Source: Ylistrum balloti (Eukaryota). Taken from it: a stretch of 64,000 nucleotides of DNA. The DNA lies in NCBI RefSeq assembly GCF_031769215.1, contig NW_026781915.1, positions 2,480,001 to 2,544,000 on the forward strand, read 5' to 3'. Numbering within the stretch: the first letter of the stretch is position 1; every line of letters begins with the position of its first letter. This document shows positions 28,746-42,312 of this stretch, piece by piece. Both the position numbers and the translations under genes were made by a program. A model generated the notes under the pieces. The model was not told where the DNA came from. It saw only the letters and a list, made by a program, of their open reading frames with translations, and did not search any database.

Positions 28746-30124
28746 TAGCGGTTTGTGTTTTTCATGAGTTTAGAAAGGGACCGATCTGTACTCCATTGGT
28801 TGTTTCCTGAGATGACGTTCAGTGAGGCAGCCCTCAGTTACTACAAGGAGACTCCATCTGAGGCGATACACAACCAAGCAAAAAAATTCAATCTGTAAAT
28901 CCTAAGTCATAGTATGTGTAATAATGGAATTCAATCATAGGTGCGTATTGAATTGTGTAATGCCCAAGATGAACCTTCCAAGATTTTTGTACAGAACTGT
29001 AAATTATACTCAAGGAGATATACGTTTATGATATATCCCATGAAAAGACAACATACAAAATGTAGTTTGTTGCACAGCAAAAGCTAACGTAGATTATATT
29101 TTTACCGAGGAGCTTTGCAATCCAAGGAAAGTTGAAATATTACTAAATATAAAGATATAGCTTAAGGTCACCATTCAATAACATGGCAAATAAACGATAT
29201 TGATATGATCGCAAAACTCAGTCTTCCTCAGCCGTTCATATTCCCAATCGGCGCACACCAATTATCCGTATTGCCTTTGCAAATGCCGAGCTACCAATTA
29301 ACTATGACGTGGCTTATTTAATCGAATGTGTATATTTTATCCCAATTTGAAATAAATTTGGTAACGTCACAACTTTTGTTTAAATTTTTACATAAACATT
29401 TTTTTTTATTAATTGTATGACAAATTATTTAAAGCATTTTTCATATTAAAGATAACAATACGATATAATTATTGTGATGTCACGTGTATTGTGTATCAGA
29501 ACAGAATCAAATACAACTTATTTATAACCGTATTTTCAGATGTCAGAATTATAATCGTATTCCTAAAAATATTGTTATATGTATAGGTATCCACGGCACG
29601 ACATTAATTTTCATGATTCAAACGGGTTTACTTCTTATACCAAGTCTGATGCATCTGAATCTGGACTCTCTTAATGTAACCAGATCTTGGCTGGAAATTG
29701 GTGATGAATACTTATGAGTCTGAAAGCTGTATACTTCTAGAGGAGGAAGTTTTCCTTTGGTAACATTAGTGCAACTGATAAGATAAATTGAATCGGCTGT
29801 ACTTTGATTCAGGTTAAGTTAGGTCAGGAAATCATTTACTGTTAGTCAAATGGATGGTTATTTTCATTTATTTCAATAAACGCTATACAATCATACTACT
29901 AACTTTGTGCATTAAATAGGCAAAACACTTGTATTACGAAGTATTGAAAATACACTTTCATTGATAATAACGGAGACTCGTTTCACGTGTATATAAATGT
30001 TTGTAGGTATTTTATTGATCTATTTATGCATTAATTTTGTAATGGCATATATAACTTGTTATATTACTGTACTATATCGTTAAAAGTTGAATAAAGTTGT
30101 AAGAGAAGTCGATTTTTCCGTTTC

Positions 30125-30200
30125 TCTGTCACCGCTAGAATTCGAAGCTGGGACCTCTGACTTTCTAGTCTTGTGGCTAGTATCAACCAGGGTTAAGAAG
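30125..30200 (-). mobile_element. Possible decayed tRNA-derived SINE head
   Basis: Reverse strand reads GACTAGAAAGTCAGAGGTCCCAGCTTCGAATTCTAGCGG, a B-box-like GGTTCGAATCC variant. Confidence 0.3.
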
Positions 30201-31302
30201 TCCCCCTCAGACGTCCAGGGGTTACAACGATGCTTTTAAGACGTGGCTACGTATTATTACCGATTCCTTCAGGGACGCCAATTTATCACAGGACACGAGT
30301 GTCCTAGTGAATATATAATGTATAATGACCTCTGTTACAAAGTGTTAGCTAAAGCGTTTTAGGTTTTCTTTTTAGTTACAAGGCTACGTTTTCGAAATAT
30401 ATTTGAATTCCAGTCGTACCAATCTCAGAAAGGTTTGAGTGCCGATGTCAGTTAAGATAGATTTAAAACAAAAAATCTCTGATAATATTCTAACGTTGTC
30501 TGATATTAAGATGCCTCTCGTTAAGAATCTTCACTATCTTACAAAAATTCGAAAACGAACGTCATTAAAAAAATCATGTTTTTTGTTTAAAGGGCCACTG
30601 CTTAAAACATTTTGTCATTGTGTTGTCATTCATCCATAATCGGTACTCCAGGGATTACATTCACTATCGAAGTAGTTTGATTGGTCTACAGTGGGTTGTA
30701 AGAGAAAACCTTACCGATCACAAACGTAACCCATGGAGTATCGAGGGTGTTATTTAATGTCCATTCCACTACCAGCCTCTCTACCAAAACCTGTGTCCTA
30801 ATCAGCAGAATTGCCAAAACCTAAATTATAAATAATTCTTCTTCATATTTGAATATACAACAAACAATTAAATTCTTTTAAAACCAACATTTAATAAAGA
30901 TATACAATGTATGAATCAAACCCATCAATAAGTCTTACACTCTGGATTCAATCTCAACATCTCGTGCCATGTTATTTACAAACACGAAATCACAAGATCG
31001 CATTTCGTAAAAGACGAAAGTATGTACGCTTTACATACATAGCACACTGAAAGCAAAATAATTATTATTTAAAAATGTGCCTTATTGATAATTGACTACG
31101 TATATTGAGTTTGCATTGTCAGTTACATCGTTTTGTAAGTTACTCTTGATTGTTTGCAAAGAAAACTAACAAGCAAAATAACAATTTAAGCATACAAGTG
31201 TTCAATTTTGAACTGAACGGTTTCGTAAATACTTGGTCGTTTAAAACACATGTGATGTGGTTATAATAAACCACTCGATTGATGCAGGACCAAGCAATGC
31301 AT

Positions 31303-32009
31303 AAACAAGAGTCCTAAGGGCCTGAACGGTCACTTGAGTGACAATGGTTCTTGTAACATGTCATAGAAATGATCTTGTTAAAAATCTAATATAAGTTTAA
31401 CTATATTATACACATAATGCAAATGTAAATTGTGTATACATTTACTGCTGTCCCATGCTATGGCTTCTAACCAAGTTTGAAATAAAAGAAATTTCACTCT
31501 AGATTTGAGTTTTCCTGTATAAAATCTTCTACCCAGGAACAGTAGAACATCTTTAAAATTTCAGTCAATTTGACCACTTTAGGCACCGCCCATCAGCCCC
31601 TGTGAGTCAGTCAATATCAATTTTCCTATATTAACTATAGTAAAATTTACCTCCTTCCCAAGGGGAAATGTGAGACCTCCAAGGGTCATGAAATTTACAA
31701 TTTTGGAAAAGCATCTGAAGGTGTTTCAATCCATGAAAAGTAATCGATGCTCCCCTACCTGGGATTTGAGAAGATTTTTGAAGTTTCCATCGATTTGACC
31801 ACTTTTGGCCCCGCCCCTCAGGCCCCTAGGGTTAGAAGACCATATAATTTACAATCTTGGTGGGACTTACCCAATGGACGACATTTGTAAAATTTTATTG
31901 AAATCAGTTCAGGAGTTTTCCAGAAGAATTCGACAATTTAAACATTTCACAACGCACGACGAGGGACAAAAGGGGATCTCAATAAACTTTGTCTCAGGTG
32001 ACCTAAAAA
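31303..32009 (-). mobile_element. HINE-like non-autonomous element with subterminal inverted repeats
   Basis: GGTCACTTGAG (31328-31338) and CTCAGGTGACC (31993-32003) form an inverted pair. Termini AAACAAGAG... and ...TAAAAA in an A/T target. Internal GAAGATTTTTGAA..TTTGACC motifs are shared with 51800-52480. Confidence 0.65.
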
Positions 32010-34334
32010 TTTATCATGCATTGAACATTTACTTCCTGTCTGTGATAACAAAGTTGTAATATATAGTTCCACATCAAGATCCTAAATTTTATGTTAGCCA
32101 TGGTTAGCATTCTAAACTATGGCCAGAATATTAGCTCAATACAGACATCGACGGTTTGCTGAAGTCATAGCACAAGGCAGGTACTCATACCATGCAATAT
32201 ATTTACTAATGCATAAAACGTATGTTATGATGTGTTAAAACACCGTCATGCATACACCTTTATCATGTTAACATATGAAATTCTCTCTGACAACAGATAC
32301 GTAATGATAACTACTAGTAATCTGAAAGCAGCAACAAAATACGAAAATGTCTGTGGTGGACGTTGTGATATACATACTACTCTCTCACACACACCGTGTT
32401 TTCCTCCTTTGAACGTTCGATAGTGTCCTAAATGATTGGTATTGTAATCATCACCCAGTCACATCTAAAATATAAGCATTTTCCACCAATAAATTAACGT
32501 AACTCAATCCTTACACGCTAAAGTGAGCCAATAAGTTAAGTAGATAATAACATGCCACATGACAACAGCCAATATTGACATCAAATAAAGTCAATTATCT
32601 CCACTGCGAGACAAATAACAATGAACGTCAACATGTCAACCTTCATGGAATTATAACATCGAATCAGTCTAACGTTTTCAAACAGTACATATATGATTAC
32701 ACATTATATCAATGTAGCTCAATAATTCAACCTGAGCTTTTACAGCTCATTATCACATAAGAAGAAGACAAAACAGGCAGAAGTACCAATTTTCACCTTT
32801 TCTAAAATACTCCTTACAGTAACTTACTGATAATTTCTTAATGTTTCCAAGTTTGCAATATTTCACAACACCATCCAAACCCGAATTGAGACATTTTATA
32901 AATGTGTAATTAACCATTGCCAGTGAAGTGATATGATTATCTGTATTGCGATACAACCTTTTTGAAACGATTATTAAAATTAAAATCAAAATCATAAAAA
33001 CTTATTCCATATGCTTCATTTTAAAAGATTATACATTCAAAGTCAAATAAATGAGATTCCAACATAAACAGATTATTATATGAAAACCTTTTGTACAACA
33101 TTCAAAAGTATTAAAAATTTATCTGACAAACTTATAACGCTTTTAACAGCGCCAAAGGAACGAAAAAATATCACGATATAACACTATATAATTGTATATA
33201 CAGAAATAAAAATCAATTCTGTTATAACTGTGCATATAATTGTTATGAGATGACATTTTTATCAATGCTCATATTGACCAATATACCTGATACCAGTTAA
33301 TCACTAATAAATAATAAATCTATTTTTGTACATTCAAATTATCAACAATGATAAAAATGAACAGCTACTCGCCGTAGAAAACACAAAACACATAATTGGA
33401 TGTTGAAACAACACTATGTTCACAAATATATCTTGTTCATTCTTTGAGTTGTGATAAATCATATCAGAGCTGTTGTAGAACAACATAACTCGCCTCACAA
33501 ATGATTGTCAATAGACACTAAAATCATAGTCCAAATATAACCAAAAGCAGATTTTTTTCTGAAGTTCGTTTAGCCCTATTCAATACCTAAAACCTGATAC
33601 CACTAACCCATCCTCAATACAATTACAAAGTGGTGTAATGTGATCTTATAAGCCCTTCTTACAAGTTCTTGATATTTTACTGAACTTAAAGAATAAAGTT
33701 CAAATTATGTCCAAAAGGCAAGATGAAAATTCTGATACAACTTATCATACACGAAGGCATACGCTGCAACCATATGAACATGTTTGTATTAATGACTACC
33801 AATACAACGTGAACAAACCATTTCACCATTTCAATCTGCGATATGTAAAGTAACCTTTCAGGTCAATTCACAACAACGTTCAAACGAGACCAAATCGGAA
33901 TAGGAACCGCGGAGTCAAGCAAGAAATAAAGTAGTTGGATAGTTGAAATATATCTGATGTACATTATTTTCATGACTGTGATTTTGTTAAAGTGTGTCAC
34001 TGAAAAAGAAATGTTGTCCATGAAGAACACAATACATCAGTGTTATGTATTCAACGATTATCCGGTCGGTCTACAAATCACTAGATCTAAACAAAATATA
34101 TAAAATAAGTCACAAAAACGCTATTAAACTGCTATAAACATACGAACAACACTTTAATGATTACAATTGATCTGCATTGAAATTGCTTAATAAAAACGAA
34201 AATATGGAATGGCAGAAATATTACCCATAAATAAAATGAATAATGAAATCAACTTTGGGGAAAATGCATGCATTTCACTATATTAGTTACAGGTACGGCT
34301 CCTTTATCAATATGTATCCTCGAATGCTAATTTC

Positions 34335-35310
34335 CCCTGTTCTGTAGGAGATGTCTACAAACCGAACAACGATCATATACAACCAAACAGTTCTGTAGGA
34401 GATGTCTACAAACCGTACAACGATCATATACAACCAAACAGTTCTGTAGGAGATGTCTACAAACCGAACAACGATCATAAACAACCAAACAGTTCTGTAG
34501 GAGATGTTAACAAACTGAACAACGATCATATACAACCAAACAGTTCTGTAGGAGATGTTTACAAACCGTACAACGATCATATCACACTAAGCAGTTCTGT
34601 ATGATATGTCTACAAACCGTACAACAATCATATCACACTTAGCAGTTCTGTAGATGTCTACAAACCGTACAACGGTCATATCACAGTAAGCAGTCCTGTA
34701 GATTTCTACAAACCGTACAACGATCATATCACACTAAGCAGTCCTGTAGATTTCTACAAACCGTACAACGATCATATCAATCTAAGCAGTTCTGTAGATG
34801 TCTACAAACCGTGCAACGATCATATACAACCAAACAGTTCTGTACGAGATGTCTTCAAACCGAACAACTATCATATACAACCAAACAGTTCTGTAGGAGA
34901 TGTTTACAAACCGAACAACGATCATATACAACCAAACAGTTCTGTACGAGATGTCTTCAAACCGAACAACGATAATATACAACCAACCAGTTCTGTAGGA
35001 GATGTTTACAAACCGTACAACGATCATATCACACTTAGCAGTTCTGTATGATATGTCTACAAACCGTACAACGATCATATCACACTTAGCAGTTCTGTAG
35101 ATGTCTACAAACCGTACAACGATCATATCACACTAAGCAGTCCTGTAGATGTCTACAAACCGTACAACGATCATATCACACTAAGCAGTCCTGTAGATGT
35201 CTACAAACCGTACAACGATCATATCACACTTAGCAATTTTGTAGGATATGTCTTCCAACCGTATAACGACCACATCAATACAATCTAAGCAGTTATGTAG
35301 GAGATGTCTA
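34335..35310. repeat. Tandem minisatellite of two interleaved unit variants (51 and 48 nt), about 19 copies
   Basis: TTCTGTAGGAGATGTCTACAAACCGAACAACGATCATATACAACCAAACAG (51 nt) and GCAGTTCTGTAGATGTCTACAAACCGTACAACGATCATATCACACTAA (48 nt); source of the MIVVRFVDISYRTVWLY ORFs. Confidence 0.93.
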
Positions 35311-36310
35311 AAAACCGCACAATATCACAGGATTAAAAATAATGACCAAGTAAACAATGGACTATGTACAGTGCATCATGAAACACAGGTAATGATCTAC
35401 AATGGCAGTATAAATAAAGGCATTAAAAAAAGATATTTTTAATTTCCTAAAATAATTTCCCGTATTTTCCGAACTTTTGTGACTTATTTAACAATGATCA
35501 CTTGCATTCATAAGAACAAGTTTTTCAAGGATTCACCAAAATACTGAGACGGGTCATACATAAGCAGCAACACTTTTGACGTAATGTTTCATCTTGTGTA
35601 CGTTACTTTATACATCAATCGTTGTTATTTCTGTGTGGGAATAGTGATCATTCATTGTTCGGATATAACTTAAACAGATCTATCATTACCTCCTGATATA
35701 ATGAAATTGAAATTCGCAAAAATCATCCTCAATTTGATCCAAATCATATTTACAATTAATTTATCATGTACGTTTAATATTCTCATTTGAGCAACATAAA
35801 TAAATCGTTACTGTTATTAATGCAGTTGTATCTTTCGAGCAAATTAAAAGGTGTATAAAATTTACTATAAAAGTCTAAAAATTTAATGGATGCTTAAATA
35901 AAAAGGACAAAGTGAAAAAATAACATTTAGCCATATCAGCTATGTCGAGATTCTTTTTCTTTTAAAGGTCGTTTTACAAATAAGAAAACGCACTTAAAAT
36001 ATAAATATCATACGATTTACAAAAATACGTTCAGAAACGGCATTACCAAATAAAGTGGGTCATGATAAAGAACTGCAGATAACAATACAAATATAATTTA
36101 TCAGTAACTAACAGGTTCGAAGATGAACCGTTAACAAATCGTGATGACCAGATACATCAAAACAATGCAAGTTTGTATCACTGTTTGCTGTAACAAAAAT
36201 TTCGTAAGCGTGATAAGATGAACACTCTTGGTGAAAAGTGAGTTGAACTTAGATAAACCGTTACATTGTCAGTAAAATGTTGTGTAATTTTTACACTGCT
36301 CTTGACCTGT

Positions 36311-39300
36311 TTAGATGGAGAACAGATTCAGGAAGACTTCCGGTGAAAGTGGAGAGGACTTAGGTTCCTTGTCACTGATGCATGGGTGACCGATTGACTG
36401 CAAGAGAGGAAGATGTCAATGAAAAATTACATCTGGTTTTAAACCTTAATCTTACAACACATGTCTGTGGGATCTACAAAGAAAATAATGGCGACCATCG
36501 TGCAGATAGTCCTTCATAAAAAAAAATGCATATCATCTCTGCACTTATTGTATATGTTTTGACGAAAAAGAATGCTTATGTTTACAAATAAAAATATTTC
36601 AATGCAACTAAGCAGTTTGGTCCATCTGAATGCTAACAGAACCTGCTTCTCGTTCTTCTAAAATGGACAATGAGCTTATCTATGATCAGAAGTCTCAAAT
36701 ATAACCAACCTGCCAGAATAGATTATCACAGTGGTTACAAATGGCCAGGGTGTCTGCATACACGTCCTTCTTACCAAATCGTCTGTGTTAGGAAAAGAAT
36801 AAGAGACAAACCCTATTAAAAGAGGTTGAACAATAATGTAATTGCACAGTTTAAAATATACAGATGTATTTGACATTCTTCTGAAATTATCAGACTGAAT
36901 GGTGGCGCAGTACACCTCTCTGTCTAGATTTTAACATTTTTTTTTCGATCATTTTGGATTTTCCTCAGTTGCTACCTAGGTTTTAAAAAGTGGCCTGTAG
37001 CATCACTGACGAGTCCAATAAGGACAACACATTTATATGATGCAGTTCAATTCTTTATTTCTCACTAATGCATCGAATTCTTAATTGTATTAAATTACAA
37101 AATAACGTCTTAATGTGTGCTTGTGAATAATAACACCGAAACCTTACTCACATCAGTATAAAGCCTGAAGGTATTCTTGCATGCATTTCAACTTAGAGAT
37201 ATAATTTGATTATGTTGCCAATACTTACTTAACACAGCGTTTATATATGTACTTCCAATCAACACAGCGCTGTCCTGTCTCCATCTCTTTAGGAAGGAAA
37301 GTAATGAGCTGGCGGTCGCTGAAGTGGAAGAAGCAGAGTTGTTTCCAGAGAGAGTTTTCCTCTGCTATGATGAGGTTGGATGATGACGTCATGCCTGTGT
37401 GAAGGATGTCGGTGTGATCTGAAAGGCGTTGGAGGATACAACGTACACAGTCCTGAGGCAGGTCCTGGAACATTGCCATTCCGTCATCGGCTCTCTATAA
37501 AAAGTAAGGAGTGTCAACAATATAAAAACAACACATACAGAAGAGCGTCAAAATATAGAGATACAATATACAGTGTCTCTATATAAAGCTTAAGAAAGTC
37601 GACATTCGAATAAAACAACAACGAGACCTAATACCGAACAAAGGAATGGTCCTTGTGGCACACAACAACTCCTGGACAGTAAGCTTTTCATTCGCCACAA
37701 CTGAAACCTCGTGTATACTGCATCACACTATCGACGATCTAGTGAATATTATTAACACTGAAATCGACTTTTTTCTGTCTTTATTTCAACCTGTCAAAAA
37801 AGGACCCGACTTCTTCCACTGAATTCGAAGTTCTATCAGTTCCGTGTTAATTGACCAACAGTATAACTTTCATTTTTTTACACAAAATAGATCACGTGAT
37901 GTGATCTTCCAGCTATCACACTTATACTTTATAGTAGTAACATTGGCAAACAGTACCTTTTCAACAAGAACGTGTTTCCCTAAAGATTAGCGCTAGTTAG
38001 ATTAATATAATTTTTTTAATATGACCTGAACACTTGTTGTTTGTTTATATTTACATACGCTGTGATGGCAGCAATGCTCTTATAACTTATTATTATGTTT
38101 CTGTTTATGTTTCTAAAGATAATAATACCAGGAGAAAAAATAAACAACACTGTTGTCATTTTTTATTTATTTATTTTTTTTTTTTTAATTTTTTATGATT
38201 CAGGGAGTCGAGAGAAACAAGTATCTATACATACCTGTTCAACTTTATATCTGTCCAGTTTGGCGAGCATTTTGTGTACACCCTGTAAGTGTCTGTGCCA
38301 CAAACTCTCGCTCCCTATGTGACAGTACTGTCCCTCATTCAATGTGCACATTGTGCTGTTGACAAGGTCGCGCGTACGAGCCACATTAGTTTTAGTTTTT
38401 AGCACTACAAACACAAAGAATTTCACTAAGACTCTTTTTCTAATATTTTAGTATATTATAAAATAAATGGTGGTACTGATTTTGTTCTTATTCTTGTCAA
38501 TCTTACTCCAACACAATAATATATTGAACTACCAATCATCATTCATCAGACACATACAACTATTATTTCCTGATCTGTATGGTAGGACTTTGCCATTGTT
38601 GTAACTAATCTCAACACAGACTGGTTATAATGAATGTGTATTCCTTCTATAGTTAGAATTAACGTAAAATGATCCTGGTTGTAATTGATTTACATACAAA
38701 TGATATTAGTAATAATAACTCACCCTGATTGACCATTTCGTCAAGTATGTTGATAATACGTTTTTGTGATGTGCCACTCATGTTTGTCAACTTTCCGCAA
38801 AGCAGGATCTGTAGTACCTACATCGCAATTAAAGTAGATATTCAGTAGGTTTTTTAGTGTAAGTTAATTTGTTTCCAAACATGATGAGTTAAGTAAACAA
38901 TAATAAGCTTCATAGAAATCCTCAGTTAGAAAATTGTGATTGATAAGAGATATCAGATGTCACTGTAAAATGTTTTTCTCAAGATAATAATGTTCCTTAC
39001 ATTACGAAATATCTTTATCTTTTCAGTATTATCATACGTCTATTAACTTCATAACATTTAAAGACCCTACATGTATAATGTTAATATTTTTCTATAAGAA
39101 TTTTTCATTACACAAACGGGATTGATAGAGGGGGGAATTCTACATATAGGGTAAGTGTTACTTAGTTCATTTCACGTGTTTTTAAGTTTCCTCTACTACA
39201 TGGCCTTTTAGCGTTTCAGTGGACTAGTAATGCTAATGCTAACCTTACACACATAGTTAAACCTCCTGATATCCTTCACGGCTCCGGACATGTCGAGATG

Positions 39301-42300
39301 GACGAAAGCTTCGCTCAAACTCGTAAGGATCTTCCTCTGTAAATGTCAAATGATGACAATAATACATAGTAAACTGGAATGTATGGTTACTTTTGGAGGA
39401 CACTGGATTGCGTAGGGAAGTCAGGTTACCTTAGGAGGGCACTGGATTGCGTAGGGAAGTCAGGTTACCTTAGGAGAACACCGGATTGTGTAGGGAAGTC
39501 AGGTTACTTTTGGAGAACACCGGATTGTGTCGGGTAGTCTGGTTACTTTTGGAGAACACCAGATTGTGTAGGGTAGTCAGGTTACTTTTTGAGAACACCA
39601 GATTGTGTAGGCTAGTCGGTTTGATTTTAGAAGGCATCAGATTGTGTAGGGTAGTCAGGTTACTTTTTGAGAACACCAGATTGTGTAGGGAAGTCAGGTT
39701 ACTTTTTGAGAACACCAGAATGTGTAGGGTTGTCGGTTTGATTTCGGAGGACATCAGATTGTGTAGGGTAGTCAGGTTGCCTTTAGAGTGAAGTGGTTTT
39801 TATGAATTAAGTTTGTATAATCAGCAGTTTCTTACAATTCTTCGACACGTCTACTTTGTACTCATTTTTTAAATTTTTTTGAACTGGCGCAAACGTTGTT
39901 TCACTATAATGTTTTGAAAAAGCTATAGATTGTATCTTTAATAGCATTGCCTTTTGCTGTGCCGGTTTGTCAAAAGTGATCCAATTAACCTGTAGCATAA
40001 TTTTCCTTTTATCAATTCCATTCTACTACTTCCATAAGAAGTAATGAATTAGCACATAAAAACATCAACAAAACCTTTATTCGGCATAATTCCATGATGT
40101 CACAATCTTTCAACTACATTGGGAAATAATTCATGATATATGTCAACCCTTCGCGTTTTTTCACAATTCCGGAATTTTTTTAACTACATGTAAAACTCGG
40201 TTATAAAATTGAACGTCGTGAGAAATCTACGGCGTACAGTAGACTGCTATTGTGTGTTTAGGTAGAATGGAATTATGGCTTTGTAATTTATAAAAGCAGG
40301 CATTTAAAGTGTGATACTGATTTGTCGGACTGAACTAGTAATCGGGGATAATATGATTAGTAAACTTGGGATTTCAGGTTCTTAACGGAACACACGTTGG
40401 TGGGTTGTAGGATTTTCCGTCTCTCAGATTCCTTCTGCTGCCGGGCATAGTCTCGGCGTTGTCAGTGTTCTGACGACGTCGGAAAACACCTGCATCTTTT
40501 TTTTTTTTTTTTTAACACATCACCAGGAGAGGGGAAGTAACTCGTACGTACTTAGCCTTATTTCGTGTGTCTTACCTCCCTTGAAGTGGTTTTGACGTAG
40601 TGAATGTAAGGCTGGTGATGTTTGCACCAGTCATTATCTTTGGTGTGAAACTCTGTCATGGTCAGTCGTATCAATCTGAAATTTTAAGCAAGGTATCAAA
40701 TTTATTATCCGTTCGTCTTATCATTAACTGAATTGCTAACGATTTAAAATAAACAAGCAAAAGGAAAATCAATGAAATAGCTTTCTGTAACAGAAATACC
40801 ACTCTTTTAGCCATTCAGGTTGATAAAATCGTTCCAACAAATTCTGATGTAAGGTTACAAACTTTGTCTAACTGAGGTAATGCATCCTTCACATTTATCC
40901 CGCAAAAATAAATGTTTCAAACAAACAACACAAAATTTAGATACTTATAAATAATAATCAAAGGATCTTGTGAATTTTATTTATAAATTCATTTACTTAT
41001 TTGAAAACTAATTTTATCGTCCCAACAAGAAATTTGACTATGCCTTGTTGTTATATAGTAGTACCTCTTTTAACATATTTTTTCATGTGTTTTAGGTGAA
41101 CTACGTAATTAATGCTAAAAGAGGATAAACTTTAGATGATTTCCCCAAACAAAGAAACATATATAATGCATTCCTAACAAAGAAGCTACCAGACCGATGA
41201 ACCCCGTTACCTCTCTTTGTTTATCTTCAGCGGTAACGTGTCTACACCAACACTAACCATACAAACCACAAATAGGGCTTACTTCAAACTGAGCTACACG
41301 TGTAGACTACAGGAAATGTATGCGCAACACTGGGCGTCGAGTGCATTGTTACATTTTACTCAAAGTACAATGCATGTTCAAAAACGAAAATATGCCATCT
41401 GATACGTTTACAAAAGAATCTATAACTGGGGCATGAATCAAGATATTAACATATTTCGTAAAAGCAATCACTTCTTTCCGGCTTTATTCTTCTAATAAAA
41501 GTACATAATCTGAAGAAATTGATAATCGATAACAATTTTTGTACATAACTGTATATCATGCCTCACAAGAAAGGCATTGTGTGTCACCCAGTGCACCTGT
41601 TACACTGTAGTTAGCTACATGGAATGCATTAGTCCATGAAATGACAGGAGTGGAACCTGACGTTAATCAATGGTTACTCGCTTTAATACAAACATAAAGA
41701 GACAATCATCTTGCAATAAAGACATAATAAAGTAGCTGTGAAAATTTTACTGATACACAAAATCTACTTAATTTTATCATTAAAACTTGAACCAGACTCA
41801 TAATTTAAGGATATGTTGTGTTTGAATTGACTACTTAGCATTTATCCTGGTGGCTAGCTATGAGCTGCTGCGTCATTTCAATCTACGCACACAAGTTATA
41901 TATTACATAATCAAGTGTTGAAATCATGATTCGGAAACGTGACCAGCTGTCGAAGATAATCGATAAAATTATGCAAGCTTTTTCATTCAGGTCACTGACA
42001 TTGCGATGCACGATTTCAGTTATATTACGCTCTGTTTCTCTTAACACATACGTGTGTACGTATTTCACACTTACAATGACATCGTGAATATATATAGATA
42101 CATGCATGCGTATGGTAGCTATTCATATACATGAAGCGTGATCCATAAGAGCCACAACTGGCTTTGGTACTAAGAATAAAATACCTTGCAATGATGTTTT
42201 CGTTCAAACTTTCGAACACCTTGATCCTCCATAGCTTCAGTTTTTCCCATCCATTGTGTGTCTTGACCCACTCGTCCCCGTTGGATCTCCAATCTCGTCC

Positions 42301-42312
42301 TAGATACGGCAT
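36311..42312 (-). CDS. FBXO25/FBXO32: F-box only protein 25/32 (atrogin-1/MAFbx-like), 8 exons, about 336 aa
   Basis: Starts MPYLGRDWRSNGDEWVKTHNGW (family N-terminus MPFLGQDWRSPG..WxKTxDGW). Exons 42312-42185, 40675-40576 (HQPYIHYVKTTSRE), 39336-39244 (LSEAFVHLDMSGAVKDIRRFNYVCK), 38817-38724 (alternative acceptor 9 nt downstream possible), 38404-38235, 37494-37229 (F-box FQDLPQDC..LWKQLCFFHFS..DWKYIY), 36782-36710 (KDVYADTLAICNHC), 36397-36311 (GHPC..LSPEVFLNLFSI stop). Total 1011 nt, frame-consistent. Confidence 0.93.
36954..37070 (+). mobile_element. Penelope-like repeat relic with hammerhead core (copy D), in FBXO intron
   Basis: TTTGGATTTTCCTCAGT..CCTAGGTTTT leader; GCATCA-CTGACGA(37006-37012)-GTCC-AATAA-GGAC-AACA..TA-TGATGC. 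Stems I and II intact, GAAA mutated. Confidence 0.6.
39385..39785. repeat. 39-nt tandem minisatellite, about 10 copies, in FBXO intron 2
   Basis: Unit GGTTACTTTTTGAGAACACCAGATTGTGTAGGGTAGTCA; gives 13-aa-periodic ORFs on both strands. Confidence 0.92.

Noticed and set aside
34287-39791. Periodic ORFs at 34287-35126 and 39470-39791
   Set aside because: Translations of the 51/48-nt and 39-nt minisatellites.
41210-41400. Apparent extra FBXO exon
   Set aside because: Candidate acceptors lead to stops, and exon 1 joins 40675 in frame without it.
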